Shown here in pieces: positions 29,599 to 39,247 of a stretch of DNA of 64,000 nucleotides. Source of the DNA: Candidatus Poribacteria bacterium. Lineage in GTDB: Bacteria > Poribacteria > WGA-4E > WGA-3G. A program made the translations under genes and the position numbers. The stretch is from the NCBI GenBank assembly GCA_965198235.1, contig OZ240248.1:480001-544000 (forward strand), given 5' to 3'. Each line of letters begins with the position of its first letter. The stretch's first letter is position 1. The notes under the pieces were generated by a model, which saw only the letters and a list, made by a program, of their open reading frames with translations, did no database searches and was not told the DNA's origin.

Positions 29599-30218
29599 CG
29601 ACTCAATTCTTGATACGAAAAGATGAGGCGGTGGATAGCGGTAATGTGTGAGGTGAGAGTGAGTATACCGAGTGTACAGAGAAGAATCATTCCTGTACTT
29701 TGGAGGAAGGGAAACTTGTGCAAGAGTGCCCCTTGTAGCACAGTTCCAGCACCGAGTAAAATAATGCGTTCTGGTCGTTGCATGAGTCCGACCTTGCAGG
29801 TCACCTGAAGTCCTTCCGCTCTTGCCCTTACGTAACTAACGAGTATTGAACCGAACCATGCGCTGAACGCGAGGATTATCCCGAGTAGACTTTCCAAACT
29901 GTAAAAGTAGATGAGGGCTCCAAGGAGAAGAAAGCCTTCCGAGTATCGATCAATGACGGAGTCCAAGAGTGCGCCCGATGCGCGTGGATTTCTCTGTGCG
30001 CGTGCCACTGCCCCGTCTATCATATCAAAACTGCCCCCAAACAGAATCAAGATCCCACCGGTGACGAGACGACCTGTTGCAAAGTAAAAGGTCGCGATGA
30101 GGTTCACGACGAACCCGAAGAATGTCACCATATTCGCTGTAATACCGATGGCAACCATCTTATTTGCCACGACAGATAGGATCACTTCAAGCCGGGGTTT
30201 TAATTTCGCTTCAAACAT
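29595..30218 (-). CDS. CDP-alcohol phosphatidyltransferase (phosphatidylinositol-phosphate synthase-like)
   Basis: DMIDGAVAR...GALLDSVIDRYSE, VSYVRARAEG, VGLMQRPER. Confidence 0.85.
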   Translation of the reverse strand: MFEAKLKPRLEVILSVVANKMVAIGITANMVTFFGFVVNLIATFYFATGRLVTGGILILFGGSFDMIDGAVARAQRNPRASGALLDSVIDRYSEGFLLLGALIYFYSLESLLGIILAFSAWFGSILVSYVRARAEGLQVTCKVGLMQRPERIILLGAGTVLQGALLHKFPFLQSTGMILLCTLGILTLTSHITAIHRLIFSYQELSR

Positions 30219-30232
30219 TCGGTTTCTCCTCA

Positions 30233-30853
30233 CTATAGGGACGAGTTTGAAGATAACTCCGTTCTGCTTTTCGCCGCGAATCGTAACGATTCTTGCCGAT
30301 TTTTGATTAATTCTGTGGTAGGAACCGCTCCCGCTTGACAGAGGAGTTCCAAAATTGCGGATGCAATGTCCGTTGGGTGCCGCGCTATTTTCACTTTTTC
30401 GTGCTCAGAAAACTGTGCATCCGGTGGCATCACGAGTACAACCCCGTCGTTCCATATGAGTTCCGGATACGCGTAAGTGCTGTCATAAGCTTCGTCGAAA
30501 ACCGTGATGATAGGGTATGGCAATTTTAGCAGTTCCAATTCAGCGTTCTGAATTGCTTGTGCACAATCTAACGAGGTTCGACGTTGGACTGTAGCGATAT
30601 GTACAACGGGCAGATTCCACAAAACAACAGGCTTTTTGAGACGATGCGCCAGTGTCGTTAGCCGTAGAAAACATCGCCACTCCGCAGCACCGTTCAGGCT
30701 TTGGGCATTGCCTTGTACAAGGATGACTTTGGTGTCCTGTATCCATGCGAGGCCAGCGAATCTGAATGTTCCCTTACTTCCCGCTCTATCACCGTAAAGT
30801 TTGATTGCCTGAGTGAAGGGTGGCTGAGGATATTTAGCGATATTTGATGACAT
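30233..30853 (-). CDS. Divergent acetyl-CoA carboxylase carboxyltransferase alpha (AccA)-like protein
   Basis: LYGDR, AGLA, RLTTLAHRLKKPVV, AQAI..L..LPYPIITV are collinear with AccA; GEGGSGG absent. Confidence 0.6.
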   Translation of the reverse strand: MSSNIAKYPQPPFTQAIKLYGDRAGSKGTFRFAGLAWIQDTKVILVQGNAQSLNGAAEWRCFLRLTTLAHRLKKPVVLWNLPVVHIATVQRRTSLDCAQAIQNAELELLKLPYPIITVFDEAYDSTYAYPELIWNDGVVLVMPPDAQFSEHEKVKIARHPTDIASAILELLCQAGAVPTTELIKNRQESLRFAAKSRTELSSNSSL

Positions 30854-30887
30854 ATACCCAGGACCTTTGATCAGTAGCGAATTCTAT

Positions 30888-30925
30888 AAAAAAGGCAGGG
30901 AGGTGCTTGAACACCTTCCCTGCCT
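30888..30925 (-). terminator. Rho-independent terminator closing the giant-protein operon
   Basis: AGGCAGGGAAGGTG/CACCTCCCTGCCT stem followed by a T-run. Confidence 0.8.
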
Positions 30926-30944
30926 AAAAGGTGATGGGTTTTGC

Positions 30945-31808
30945 TTATTCGCCGCTACGTCCACCCATAGCGTTGATAGCAAACAAGCCGACACCTGCTG
31001 CTACAGTGGTCAGAAACACCAAAGCGCGCTTGGATGAGGAGAGTTCCTCGTGGACACCTTTGGCATCCTCAAGCATCATCTTGACTTCGTTGATTGCCTT
31101 TTGGTTGGCTTCAACGCTCGCCAAAAACATCTTCACGTTCTCTTCGATTGATTCAACGAGTTCGTGCGTTGCCTTCGCCTGCATTTTTTGTGCTTCAAGC
31201 ATTTTAGCTGCTTCTTCAAGATGCATGTCGAGGTGGGCAATCTGGTCAATGATAGCCGCTTTGTTCGCTGCCAAGGCTTCTTTGATACTGGAAGAGACTG
31301 CGTCACTAGATTGACTCACAGCAGCCATTAACTTTTCTTGTGATTTTAGGCTTGCCCCAAGAGCTTCGATTTGTGCCCTGAGTTCGTCCATACTCTTGTT
31401 GAGTCCGTTAATTTCTGCTTCGAGTTTATCCCGCGTTGCTTCAGATTCGGCTAATTCCGCCTTTAACTTTTCAAGCTCCTCCTGCTGCATGGCAAGTTCT
31501 TCTTCAGCTTCCTCAACGACCTCTTTTGCCATAGCGACCGGAATACGTAATTCTTCGTCGGGATAGATGAGGTGTGGATTGGTGAAGTCGTTATACTTGC
31601 TCAATTCGCGCCACCGGAGTGGATCCTTGAGATGCGTTTGGCAGAGATCCCAGAGGGTATCACCTTTTACAATGGTGATGAGCATAGTGCCGTCATCTCC
31701 GTCGTGCGGTGTGATTTTCGCAGATGCGGATAACACATAAACTCCACTGAGTGCTGCGCAAATGTACAGAACCAGTGCCAACTTCAGTGTGCCTCTTATC
31801 ATTTTCAT
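30945..31808 (-). CDS. LysM protein with long coiled coil and C-terminal TM anchor
   Basis: Signal peptide, IVKGDTLWDL...NPHLIYP LysM, heptad-rich helix, ALVFLTTVAAGVGLFAI. Confidence 0.88.
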   Translation of the reverse strand: MKMIRGTLKLALVLYICAALSGVYVLSASAKITPHDGDDGTMLITIVKGDTLWDLCQTHLKDPLRWRELSKYNDFTNPHLIYPDEELRIPVAMAKEVVEEAEEELAMQQEELEKLKAELAESEATRDKLEAEINGLNKSMDELRAQIEALGASLKSQEKLMAAVSQSSDAVSSSIKEALAANKAAIIDQIAHLDMHLEEAAKMLEAQKMQAKATHELVESIEENVKMFLASVEANQKAINEVKMMLEDAKGVHEELSSSKRALVFLTTVAAGVGLFAINAMGGRSGE

Positions 31809-31820
31809 CAGTTATCTCCT

Positions 31821-32819
31821 TTAAAATCTATAAGAGAGGGACGCAAAGTGAGTCGATCCGACACCGTTAATTTCACTTGCCATACCATCTTGAATGGCAT
31901 AGTCAATCTGCAGACCGCCGATGTTCACGCCAAATCCTCCGAAGAGGTTTTGGGTGTCGCGTGATGCTCTGATCCCGCCTCGAATGGCAAAGGCAGTGGA
32001 TTTGTAAGTGAGAATGGTGTATTCAGCACCGAGCCTTAGGCTTGTCGCGCTCTCGTCAAGGTTGATCATCTCTTGCTCGATATCGGCTGCGAATGTGACA
32101 ACGTTACCCATATAGAGGTTATAGGCTGCCCCGACGCTAATCACCATCGGTACAGTGTCTTCACCAAGGGCTGCCCCCAAGTATTTCGCAGCGATGCCGT
32201 AATGGAAGGTTGGGACCTTTTCCTCGCCTACATCTATGTGCAGGGCATGCCCCATCAACCCGACATCTACGCCACCAAAGCCACTCTGGCTTTCAACCCC
32301 TTTTGCGCCAAAGTTATCCATCAGCATGCGACCTGTTAGACCGATACCGAAGTTTCCGAGACCAATGCCGTAGGAGAGGGAATAGGCATTCGCACTATAG
32401 TTGAATGTGCCACTGTAGCGTTCTTTGGCATCATATTGCTGGATACCACTTACGCCTGCATTTGTGATAGCAAGTCCGATAGATCCGGCTGAACCAAGAG
32501 TTTTCGTCAATGCGATAAAGTTATGGCTCCTATCCAGATCGAGTTGCTGTGTTGAAAAATTGAGACTTAAATCCGCTGCGGAGCCGAGTCCTGCTGGGTT
32601 CCAAACCGTTGCGGTGGCATCATCGGCGATTGCTGTGAAGGCACCACCCATGCCGATCGAGCGTGCACCGGCACCAAGCCGTAAATGTGGCATAGCATCC
32701 ACTCCGGCAAAGCTGACCGGTGACACCGCTAGGATAAGAAAGAAAAGTGGTATTAAACCGCATAGCAATTTCGGGCCCTGTTTGGAAGCCCATTTAGCAA
32801 TTTGCTTTGTCATTAACAT
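31821..32819 (-). CDS. PorV/UPF0164-like outer-membrane beta-barrel
   Basis: GARSIGMGGAFTAIADDATATVWNPAGL signature, alternating beta-strands, terminal SLSYRF. Confidence 0.85.
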   Translation of the reverse strand: MLMTKQIAKWASKQGPKLLCGLIPLFFLILAVSPVSFAGVDAMPHLRLGAGARSIGMGGAFTAIADDATATVWNPAGLGSAADLSLNFSTQQLDLDRSHNFIALTKTLGSAGSIGLAITNAGVSGIQQYDAKERYSGTFNYSANAYSLSYGIGLGNFGIGLTGRMLMDNFGAKGVESQSGFGGVDVGLMGHALHIDVGEEKVPTFHYGIAAKYLGAALGEDTVPMVISVGAAYNLYMGNVVTFAADIEQEMINLDESATSLRLGAEYTILTYKSTAFAIRGGIRASRDTQNLFGGFGVNIGGLQIDYAIQDGMASEINGVGSTHFASLSYRF

Positions 32820-32891
32820 TGTATCCTCCTTCAGTGTCCACATCGGGAACCGGACAGACGCCCAATTCCCGATATGCAGACTGCCGTTTAC

Positions 32892-35800
32892 TTAGCGCGT
32901 CAGTGCGAGTTTGAGAATGGCATACTCTGGCTCGAAACCATCTGCTACCATAATTTGACAGAAGTAGATGCCTCGAGCTAAATCTTCACCAGCGGTGCTG
33001 GTTCCGTCCCAGCCGATAGCACCTTTGCCAATGTACTCGCCTGCATCCCAAACCTCGTTGTCTACAAGGACTCGAACTGGACGGAGCGTCATATCGTAAA
33101 TGATGATGCTCACTGTAGATTGTCGAGTCAGTGTGAAGGAGATACGAGTGTTCTCCTTGAACGGGTTGGGCGCGTTAATCGGACGCGATGCCAATACTGG
33201 GCCTTCCTCACTCTCAACAAAGAATGTAAACTCATGAACCGCCATGTTCGCTTTACGGGCACCGGTACTCTTATCAGAAACGTTACCCTCTTTATGCGCC
33301 ATGTCAGATACTTCAAGTTTAACTGTATGTTGACCGAAAGCGAGCTCGGCAGGTGACGTATATACCACTTGTGATGCCGATTTCTGATTCGGTTTGAGGT
33401 TAATCAGCTGGTCATCGAGAACGAAGCGGATAGAATCAGCATCTACACCAGATTCAGCATCGGCATAGGTTATCGAAATCTGCGGTCGACGTTCAGTCAG
33501 GCGTGCCTCATTCTGTGGGGACGACATCGTGATAACCGGAGCGGCAGTATCGAAGTCGATTGTGAAACTACCCTTCGCTGTGGCGGAGTTGCCGATTGTA
33601 TCCGTTGCGCGGACTTCAATCGCGTAAGTTCCCTCATCAAGAGGTTTTTCAGGAATGAAATCCAAGCGTGTGATACCTTCGACATCGTCCTCGCCATCAT
33701 CTTCGGTGTCCCCTTTCACCTCTTTACCATTACTATCCATCAGGACGATATCCATTTCGTCAACGCCTGATTCATCGTTGGCACTCGCCGAAATTACCGG
33801 GAGTCCAGCACGGATAGTTCCTGTTGGCGTAATTGAGGTGATTGTAGGTGCAACGTTATCGACTACCAGTGTGAAGGTCCATGAGTGTTCTCTTGAGCCA
33901 CCTTCGCTGACTGCAATGAGTTTGATGGTGTGCGTTCCTGCTGTGAAACTATCAGCAACCTGAACTCGCCCTTCAGCGATCAGTGCGGGTGCCACGGAGC
34001 GGAACGGTTTGTCGTCTATACCGAACTTCACACTTATAACCTTAGATTCCGCATCGTTAACAACTGCTGAGAGCGTTACCCAACTTTCACCGCTGATGGT
34101 TCCAGACGGAGCCGCCTCAGCGATGACTGGCGGTGTTGCGTCTTTGGGTGTGCCGTTGATAGCGAACTCAACGGAGTCCTCACCGACGTTTCCGAGTATA
34201 TCGGCAACTTGCACGGTTACTCGATATGCGCCACCGGAAAGTTTCTCAGTACGGGTGTAAACCAACGCTTCTTCATCTTTTTCAAGAGAATTCGGGTCAA
34301 CGTCCTCCACTGGTACTTCATCGGGAGGTTGGATGCGTACAAGATCGACGCTTCCGCTCGCCCCGTCAACACCACTGCCTTCACCATCGTTATAGGTAGC
34401 GTGAACAGTTGGCAAACTATCTACTGTATGGTCTTCCGAAGGCGTTTGAATTTCGACCATCGGACCCGTGTTATCCAGATTGATTGATGCCAGCGGGAAA
34501 CTCACCGAACCGTTCCGTTTGGTAACGACAGCATCCGGTGTATACATTCCGTCGGATAACCCTGAAACATCTACATTGAGTGAGAAGGTATTTTCAGGAT
34601 TTTCGTCACTTTCGCTTGGCACTTCACTTCCATCAACAGAACCACTCAGCTCTTCAGCATCTAACGAACCGTTGTCAACATCAAAGCCTACAGTGAGTGA
34701 ACTCCGAAGCGGAATCGGTTCCGTTGGTGTTCTTGGAACGTCCACACCGTCAACGGCTGTAACTTTCAGCCTGGTGACATCAGCGACTTGGAAGTTTAGC
34801 ACGTTCACCGTGGTCTGTGGAGACTCATCGGTTTGCACATTACCGAATTCATCAACGGCGAGAGCGTGAAGCATATAAGCCCCATTTTCAAGCATCCCGA
34901 CATCGGTTGTAATGTCCAAAACCCCGACTTCACCATCAATCATGGTTTCGTTGCCGTCGGCATCTACTTGAACTAACTTAACCGAGGCATACGTGCTCGG
35001 GTCGGCAGTCGGTTCAACAGTATAAGTTGCTATCGGTGTCGGAACTGTTTCATCAACGATTCCACCGACTGTGTAGTTGCCATCTGCGTCTGCATCAATA
35101 GCACCAGCAACATCGGCTACAGCAACAATGTTTGTGGGACCTAACGGTCCGACATCGTCAACGTTGTCAACCGATAGATGCGTTCTTGCGCCCGGACGTC
35201 CCGGGACTTCTTCAGCACCGCTGGTGACTGCGATCGCAGTTGCCATATGCTGGCTGTCATCCTTGGAAGCATCGCGTGCTGCGGCACTCTCTGCTGTGAT
35301 GGTATCGTCCAGAGCCGTTGTATCTACCTCAACAGACCATTTCAGGTAGGTTGGGTAGTAGATGGGTTTCCCTGACAGTTCATCCATGGCTGTAGCTTCA
35401 GCTGCAACCGCAACGAGATCAGTGATGAAGTCGGTATTCTGCTGTAACGCCGCTATTTCTTCCTCAGTAGCGAGAACGCCTGTATCGGCTGTACCAACGA
35501 CTTCATCGTTGATTACCACCTTGAGGGAACCAAGCTCTGGATATGTCCGTTGTGGCGTATATCCATTGATAACGACCGTGCCTTGCGGACCACCACTATC
35601 TGGATTCGTTTTCGTAATGGACTCAGTGTCAAGGACGAGTGCCAAAACCTCAATATCCACCGGGTGAACACCGGCATCCAATTTTATTGGAAACGGCTCC
35701 GACATGTGTGTAAGTTGAAGCGCATTGGTTGCCACAGCACGCACCATAACAGAATCACCTGCACTTACTAATGCGTCAAAATCGGTGACATCCCAACTCA

Positions 35801-38660
35801 CTTCAAACATTGACACTTCTTCGCCTTCAGCGAACATACGCGCTTCACCAATTGGTTGCCAATCACCGTTCGCGTCCATGTACTCCGCCCAGATAGATGC
35901 GGGATGCGCTGTGCGCATTACAGCGATAGTTAACATCACGCCATCTGTGGTGTTCGAGTAGATGGTTCCGCTTTCGTAGGGTTCATCAGCGTCGCCATCA
36001 CCGTTTCGGTCGCCGATACTGGCGGCTGTAACACTCGCTTTGTCAGTTTCTGGCATGACGACTCTGAGCCGAGTCGGTTCAGCGTAGGAACCGACGTTGA
36101 AGAGCGTATCAATTCCCATTGCCCGAACGCCGTATTCACCAATCATCAGAGGCATATGTGCGCCCTGGATGGGCATCATCACGGTGTGCGGTGCGTCAAA
36201 GGTAACCGGCACGAGGCGATCAACGATGTCTATCGAGGCACCTAAGGCTTGATGTATCGCTGTAGCTTGGGCTTCAGTTAGTGTGAAGTTCTTTATCCCT
36301 AAACTCTTGAAAACCGAATTCGCAGACATTTGGATAGTCCCTGGCGTGAGCAATGCCAATATTGCCTCAGGACTGGTAGCCATGGCGAGGCTCAGTATTG
36401 ACTCGGCATCAAGTCCACCGACGAGCTGCGGGAAGTTCTGCTTCAGGAAAGAAACGATCTGGTTTCCATTTCGCTGGAGGATGGATGTCCAAATTCTGGA
36501 AGTCAACATGGTAGATTCAACAGTTAATGGCATCCATGTGCTTGTCGGCATTCCATGGGCATCGAGTTGAACCTCTTGGTAGAACAGGTATCCTTCGCCT
36601 GGACCGACACCTTGACCTGCGTAAGCGGGTTTCGGTGTGCCTGTAACATTGAGCACCGCGGCACCAGCGTTAGGGGCAGTGGCAACGTAGATACCTTCGC
36701 TGTTCTGATAAACTGCGGTATTCGCATCACCGGGTTTAACCTCGATGCTTGCTTCCGGCGCGCTGGTATCAACGGTGAAGCTTTCTTGAATCTGATCGAC
36801 CGGATTTCCGTCGGCATCGTGTACCAGAGCCTCTAAGTAATAGTTACCATCGGCAATGTCATTAATGCGTGCAACCCAGATTGACTCCGCTTCGAGATTG
36901 AGACGTGGCACAGTGAAGACAGAAGCCAACATCGGATCGAATGAAGACTCGAATTTGGTTGTCAGTGCGTTCGTATTACGAAGCAATAGATTCTGAAGTC
37001 TGCGTTGTTGCTTTGGTGTAATTACACCAAAAACATCACTTAGGGTAACCTGTTGACGGCTTAGAAACTTTGAGATTATAGGAGCTGCTTGGGGTGACCC
37101 CAAAATACCGATAATTGCAGCCCGTACATCAGCGGTGAATAATGCGTCAATAATACCGCGATCCGCTAACTGAAGGTTACGCGGGTCAGGCATTGCCCAA
37201 CTCTCAATCGTGTATTTTCTTGTAGCACTTAGCACCTCTGCGAACGTTATGGCCGTCGGATCCATAGCCGCGAGTGCTTCACGATTCAGCGTCGTGAATG
37301 ACACCGGTTCAGCGAGTGTTACTTCAAAGTAGTAGTAGGTGCTGACCCCAAGTGGAATTCCTATCTCTGTTTCCCAAACGATACCGTCTTTCCCAGCCGC
37401 CGACTGCATATCAACAGCTATATAGTCTCCTGTTAAACCCGTTTGTGAATAGCGGAGAACAACACCAGAGAACAACTGGGTGTCTAAACTGGGCCATGCC
37501 GGTAGGTTTGTAGCGGCGAGGGTTTCTTCCAACCGGAAGGTATAAGGGATGGTATCCGCTTGGAATTCATCTGACGTGACCTTCGTACCTTCGATGGCTT
37601 TACCGCCTGAAAGGCTAAACATAACACCACCGACGTTCGCTGATGGAACACGCGTATAAACGTGCAAACTATCGCTGCTTAGGTATTTACCGCCTTGCTC
37701 CAAGTAGGCATAATCGGTGAAATTCGGCGTTATAGCATTTCCGAAGTTCTCAGGATCTAACTGGCTTGCTTCATTAGCGAAAGCAATGGCTTGATTGTTA
37801 GACGTTAGAATCTGCTTAATCTGCTTTTTGGGGAGATAGCCTGGTGGTACCAATGCCAGAATTGAATCCACGAGGGTTTCTGCTTCAACAGGCAATGCCA
37901 ATGAAGCAATTATTCTATCTACAAACCGCTTTCCAGAAGTTGTATTTAGAGAGAGACCACCGAGACGCGATTTGCCGAAAAGGTCCTCATCTTCGGGCAT
38001 TATCTGATTAAATGGATCTGCTGGTGTAACTGCCATTGGTGGCGTTGTATCCACGGGTGGTATTGTGTCCACAGGTGGCGTTGTGTCCACGGGTGGTGTT
38101 GTATCCACGGGTGGTGTTGTGTCCACGGGTGGTGTTGTATCCACGGGTGGTGTTGTGTCCACGGGTGGTGTTGTGTCCACGGGTGGCGTTGTGTCCACGG
38201 GTGGTGTTGTATCCACGGGTGGCGTTGTGTCCACGGGTGGCGTTGTGTCCACGGGTGCACCAACATTCAACAACCCTGCGAGTTCATCAATAGCTGCCGG
38301 ATCTTGAAGCAGTTCCTGCACGATTGGATCACTGAGCAGTGCTTTAAGTTCCTCATCTTCTTTCAGAAGGGTCACGAATTTCGGATCTATATCTGGAGCA
38401 AATTGTGGTAGGAGATCCGGATTATCGATGACAAGGGTAAGGGTTGCGGGGTTCAAAATGGCTTGAATGTTTGGTGCTTTCAGCCCCTCCAGAACTTGAG
38501 GTAAAACCGCTTGAATATCCTCACGTTGAAGCGTCTCACTGTATTTTGCAGCTACCTGTTCTGCGAGAGAAACTTCTTGCCCGAAAACAGTGTTCGGGAT
38601 TGAAGTGTAAAGAACACACAATGTAAAAATCAAAAAACAAACGAGTGTCCGTTTTTTCAT
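32892..38660 (-). CDS. 1922-aa secreted Ig-repeat protein with T9SS type A CTD/FlgD-Ig-like C-terminus
   Basis: Signal peptide, (PVDTTP)12, Ig modules starting DTSAP/DNTGP/DATPP/DNVAP/DTAAP, C-terminal NAPNPF..T.I.F.L...IYD...VR.L...WDG....G..LARGIYF. Confidence 0.88.
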   Translation of the reverse strand: MKKRTLVCFLIFTLCVLYTSIPNTVFGQEVSLAEQVAAKYSETLQREDIQAVLPQVLEGLKAPNIQAILNPATLTLVIDNPDLLPQFAPDIDPKFVTLLKEDEELKALLSDPIVQELLQDPAAIDELAGLLNVGAPVDTTPPVDTTPPVDTTPPVDTTPPVDTTPPVDTTPPVDTTPPVDTTPPVDTTPPVDTTPPVDTIPPVDTTPPMAVTPADPFNQIMPEDEDLFGKSRLGGLSLNTTSGKRFVDRIIASLALPVEAETLVDSILALVPPGYLPKKQIKQILTSNNQAIAFANEASQLDPENFGNAITPNFTDYAYLEQGGKYLSSDSLHVYTRVPSANVGGVMFSLSGGKAIEGTKVTSDEFQADTIPYTFRLEETLAATNLPAWPSLDTQLFSGVVLRYSQTGLTGDYIAVDMQSAAGKDGIVWETEIGIPLGVSTYYYFEVTLAEPVSFTTLNREALAAMDPTAITFAEVLSATRKYTIESWAMPDPRNLQLADRGIIDALFTADVRAAIIGILGSPQAAPIISKFLSRQQVTLSDVFGVITPKQQRRLQNLLLRNTNALTTKFESSFDPMLASVFTVPRLNLEAESIWVARINDIADGNYYLEALVHDADGNPVDQIQESFTVDTSAPEASIEVKPGDANTAVYQNSEGIYVATAPNAGAAVLNVTGTPKPAYAGQGVGPGEGYLFYQEVQLDAHGMPTSTWMPLTVESTMLTSRIWTSILQRNGNQIVSFLKQNFPQLVGGLDAESILSLAMATSPEAILALLTPGTIQMSANSVFKSLGIKNFTLTEAQATAIHQALGASIDIVDRLVPVTFDAPHTVMMPIQGAHMPLMIGEYGVRAMGIDTLFNVGSYAEPTRLRVVMPETDKASVTAASIGDRNGDGDADEPYESGTIYSNTTDGVMLTIAVMRTAHPASIWAEYMDANGDWQPIGEARMFAEGEEVSMFEVSWDVTDFDALVSAGDSVMVRAVATNALQLTHMSEPFPIKLDAGVHPVDIEVLALVLDTESITKTNPDSGGPQGTVVINGYTPQRTYPELGSLKVVINDEVVGTADTGVLATEEEIAALQQNTDFITDLVAVAAEATAMDELSGKPIYYPTYLKWSVEVDTTALDDTITAESAAARDASKDDSQHMATAIAVTSGAEEVPGRPGARTHLSVDNVDDVGPLGPTNIVAVADVAGAIDADADGNYTVGGIVDETVPTPIATYTVEPTADPSTYASVKLVQVDADGNETMIDGEVGVLDITTDVGMLENGAYMLHALAVDEFGNVQTDESPQTTVNVLNFQVADVTRLKVTAVDGVDVPRTPTEPIPLRSSLTVGFDVDNGSLDAEELSGSVDGSEVPSESDENPENTFSLNVDVSGLSDGMYTPDAVVTKRNGSVSFPLASINLDNTGPMVEIQTPSEDHTVDSLPTVHATYNDGEGSGVDGASGSVDLVRIQPPDEVPVEDVDPNSLEKDEEALVYTRTEKLSGGAYRVTVQVADILGNVGEDSVEFAINGTPKDATPPVIAEAAPSGTISGESWVTLSAVVNDAESKVISVKFGIDDKPFRSVAPALIAEGRVQVADSFTAGTHTIKLIAVSEGGSREHSWTFTLVVDNVAPTITSITPTGTIRAGLPVISASANDESGVDEMDIVLMDSNGKEVKGDTEDDGEDDVEGITRLDFIPEKPLDEGTYAIEVRATDTIGNSATAKGSFTIDFDTAAPVITMSSPQNEARLTERRPQISITYADAESGVDADSIRFVLDDQLINLKPNQKSASQVVYTSPAELAFGQHTVKLEVSDMAHKEGNVSDKSTGARKANMAVHEFTFFVESEEGPVLASRPINAPNPFKENTRISFTLTRQSTVSIIIYDMTLRPVRVLVDNEVWDAGEYIGKGAIGWDGTSTAGEDLARGIYFCQIMVADGFEPEYAILKLALTR
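38040..38255 (-). repeat. 18-bp tandem repeat x12 encoding PVDTTP
   Basis: 12 units counted; mostly synonymous variation, one T-to-I change. Confidence 0.95.
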
Positions 38661-38912
38661 TAACTCATCCTCCTCGTTAAGTCTGCGCGCTCACAAGACT
38701 AAGTACTGAGTTTCTTAGATGGGCAAGCGAGAATACAACTAAAGACGACTGGGGTAGATGTCTGCCCATCCAATTAACATCCTACCAACGAGCGTTAAAA
38801 TTTCCCGATACCGATGTAACCATGGGATAGAGTTAGTATAGCCTATGGCACAGGTCAAAAGCAAATGAAAAGCGGGCATCTAACTTTAGTGATTTGACCC
38901 TGCGGGAATTTT
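38661..38912 (-). promoter_or_regulatory. Long structured 5' leader of the giant-protein operon
   Basis: Several predicted helices; extended -10 TGCTAAAAT just upstream, and a TTGACA-17-TATTAT promoter at 39130-39102. Confidence 0.4.
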
Positions 38913-39247
38913 TCTATTATTTTAGCATAAAGTGGCAAAATTAAGCAAACATTTAATCGTTAAGTGTCAGAGATATTGTGTTACACGGACAAAACCGGTA
39001 AACAAAATCGTCCTGCAGTTACGTGATGTTTTGTGCAATCGGTGAAAATTTGTTCCCGCCGCATCGGTATATCATCGATTAAATTGCAGTCCACCTATAT
39101 AATAATACCACAATTCTCAAAATATGTCAAATCAAAATTTCAAATTTTCCTACAGATTTCTGGCGATTTTAGTAGAAATCCACAATCTGTTTGACATATT
39201 ACCAAAAAACGTTTAAACTGTCAAGAAAAATAACACCGGAGAAAAAA

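Noticed and set aside
38040-38255. Possible CRISPR array
   Set aside because: Units are contiguous 18-mers with no spacers and lie in frame within a CDS; no cas genes
38000-38307. Alternative-frame repeat ORFs (PWTQRH, STGGVV, CPRVVL)
   Set aside because: Shadows of the stop-free PVDTTP repeat
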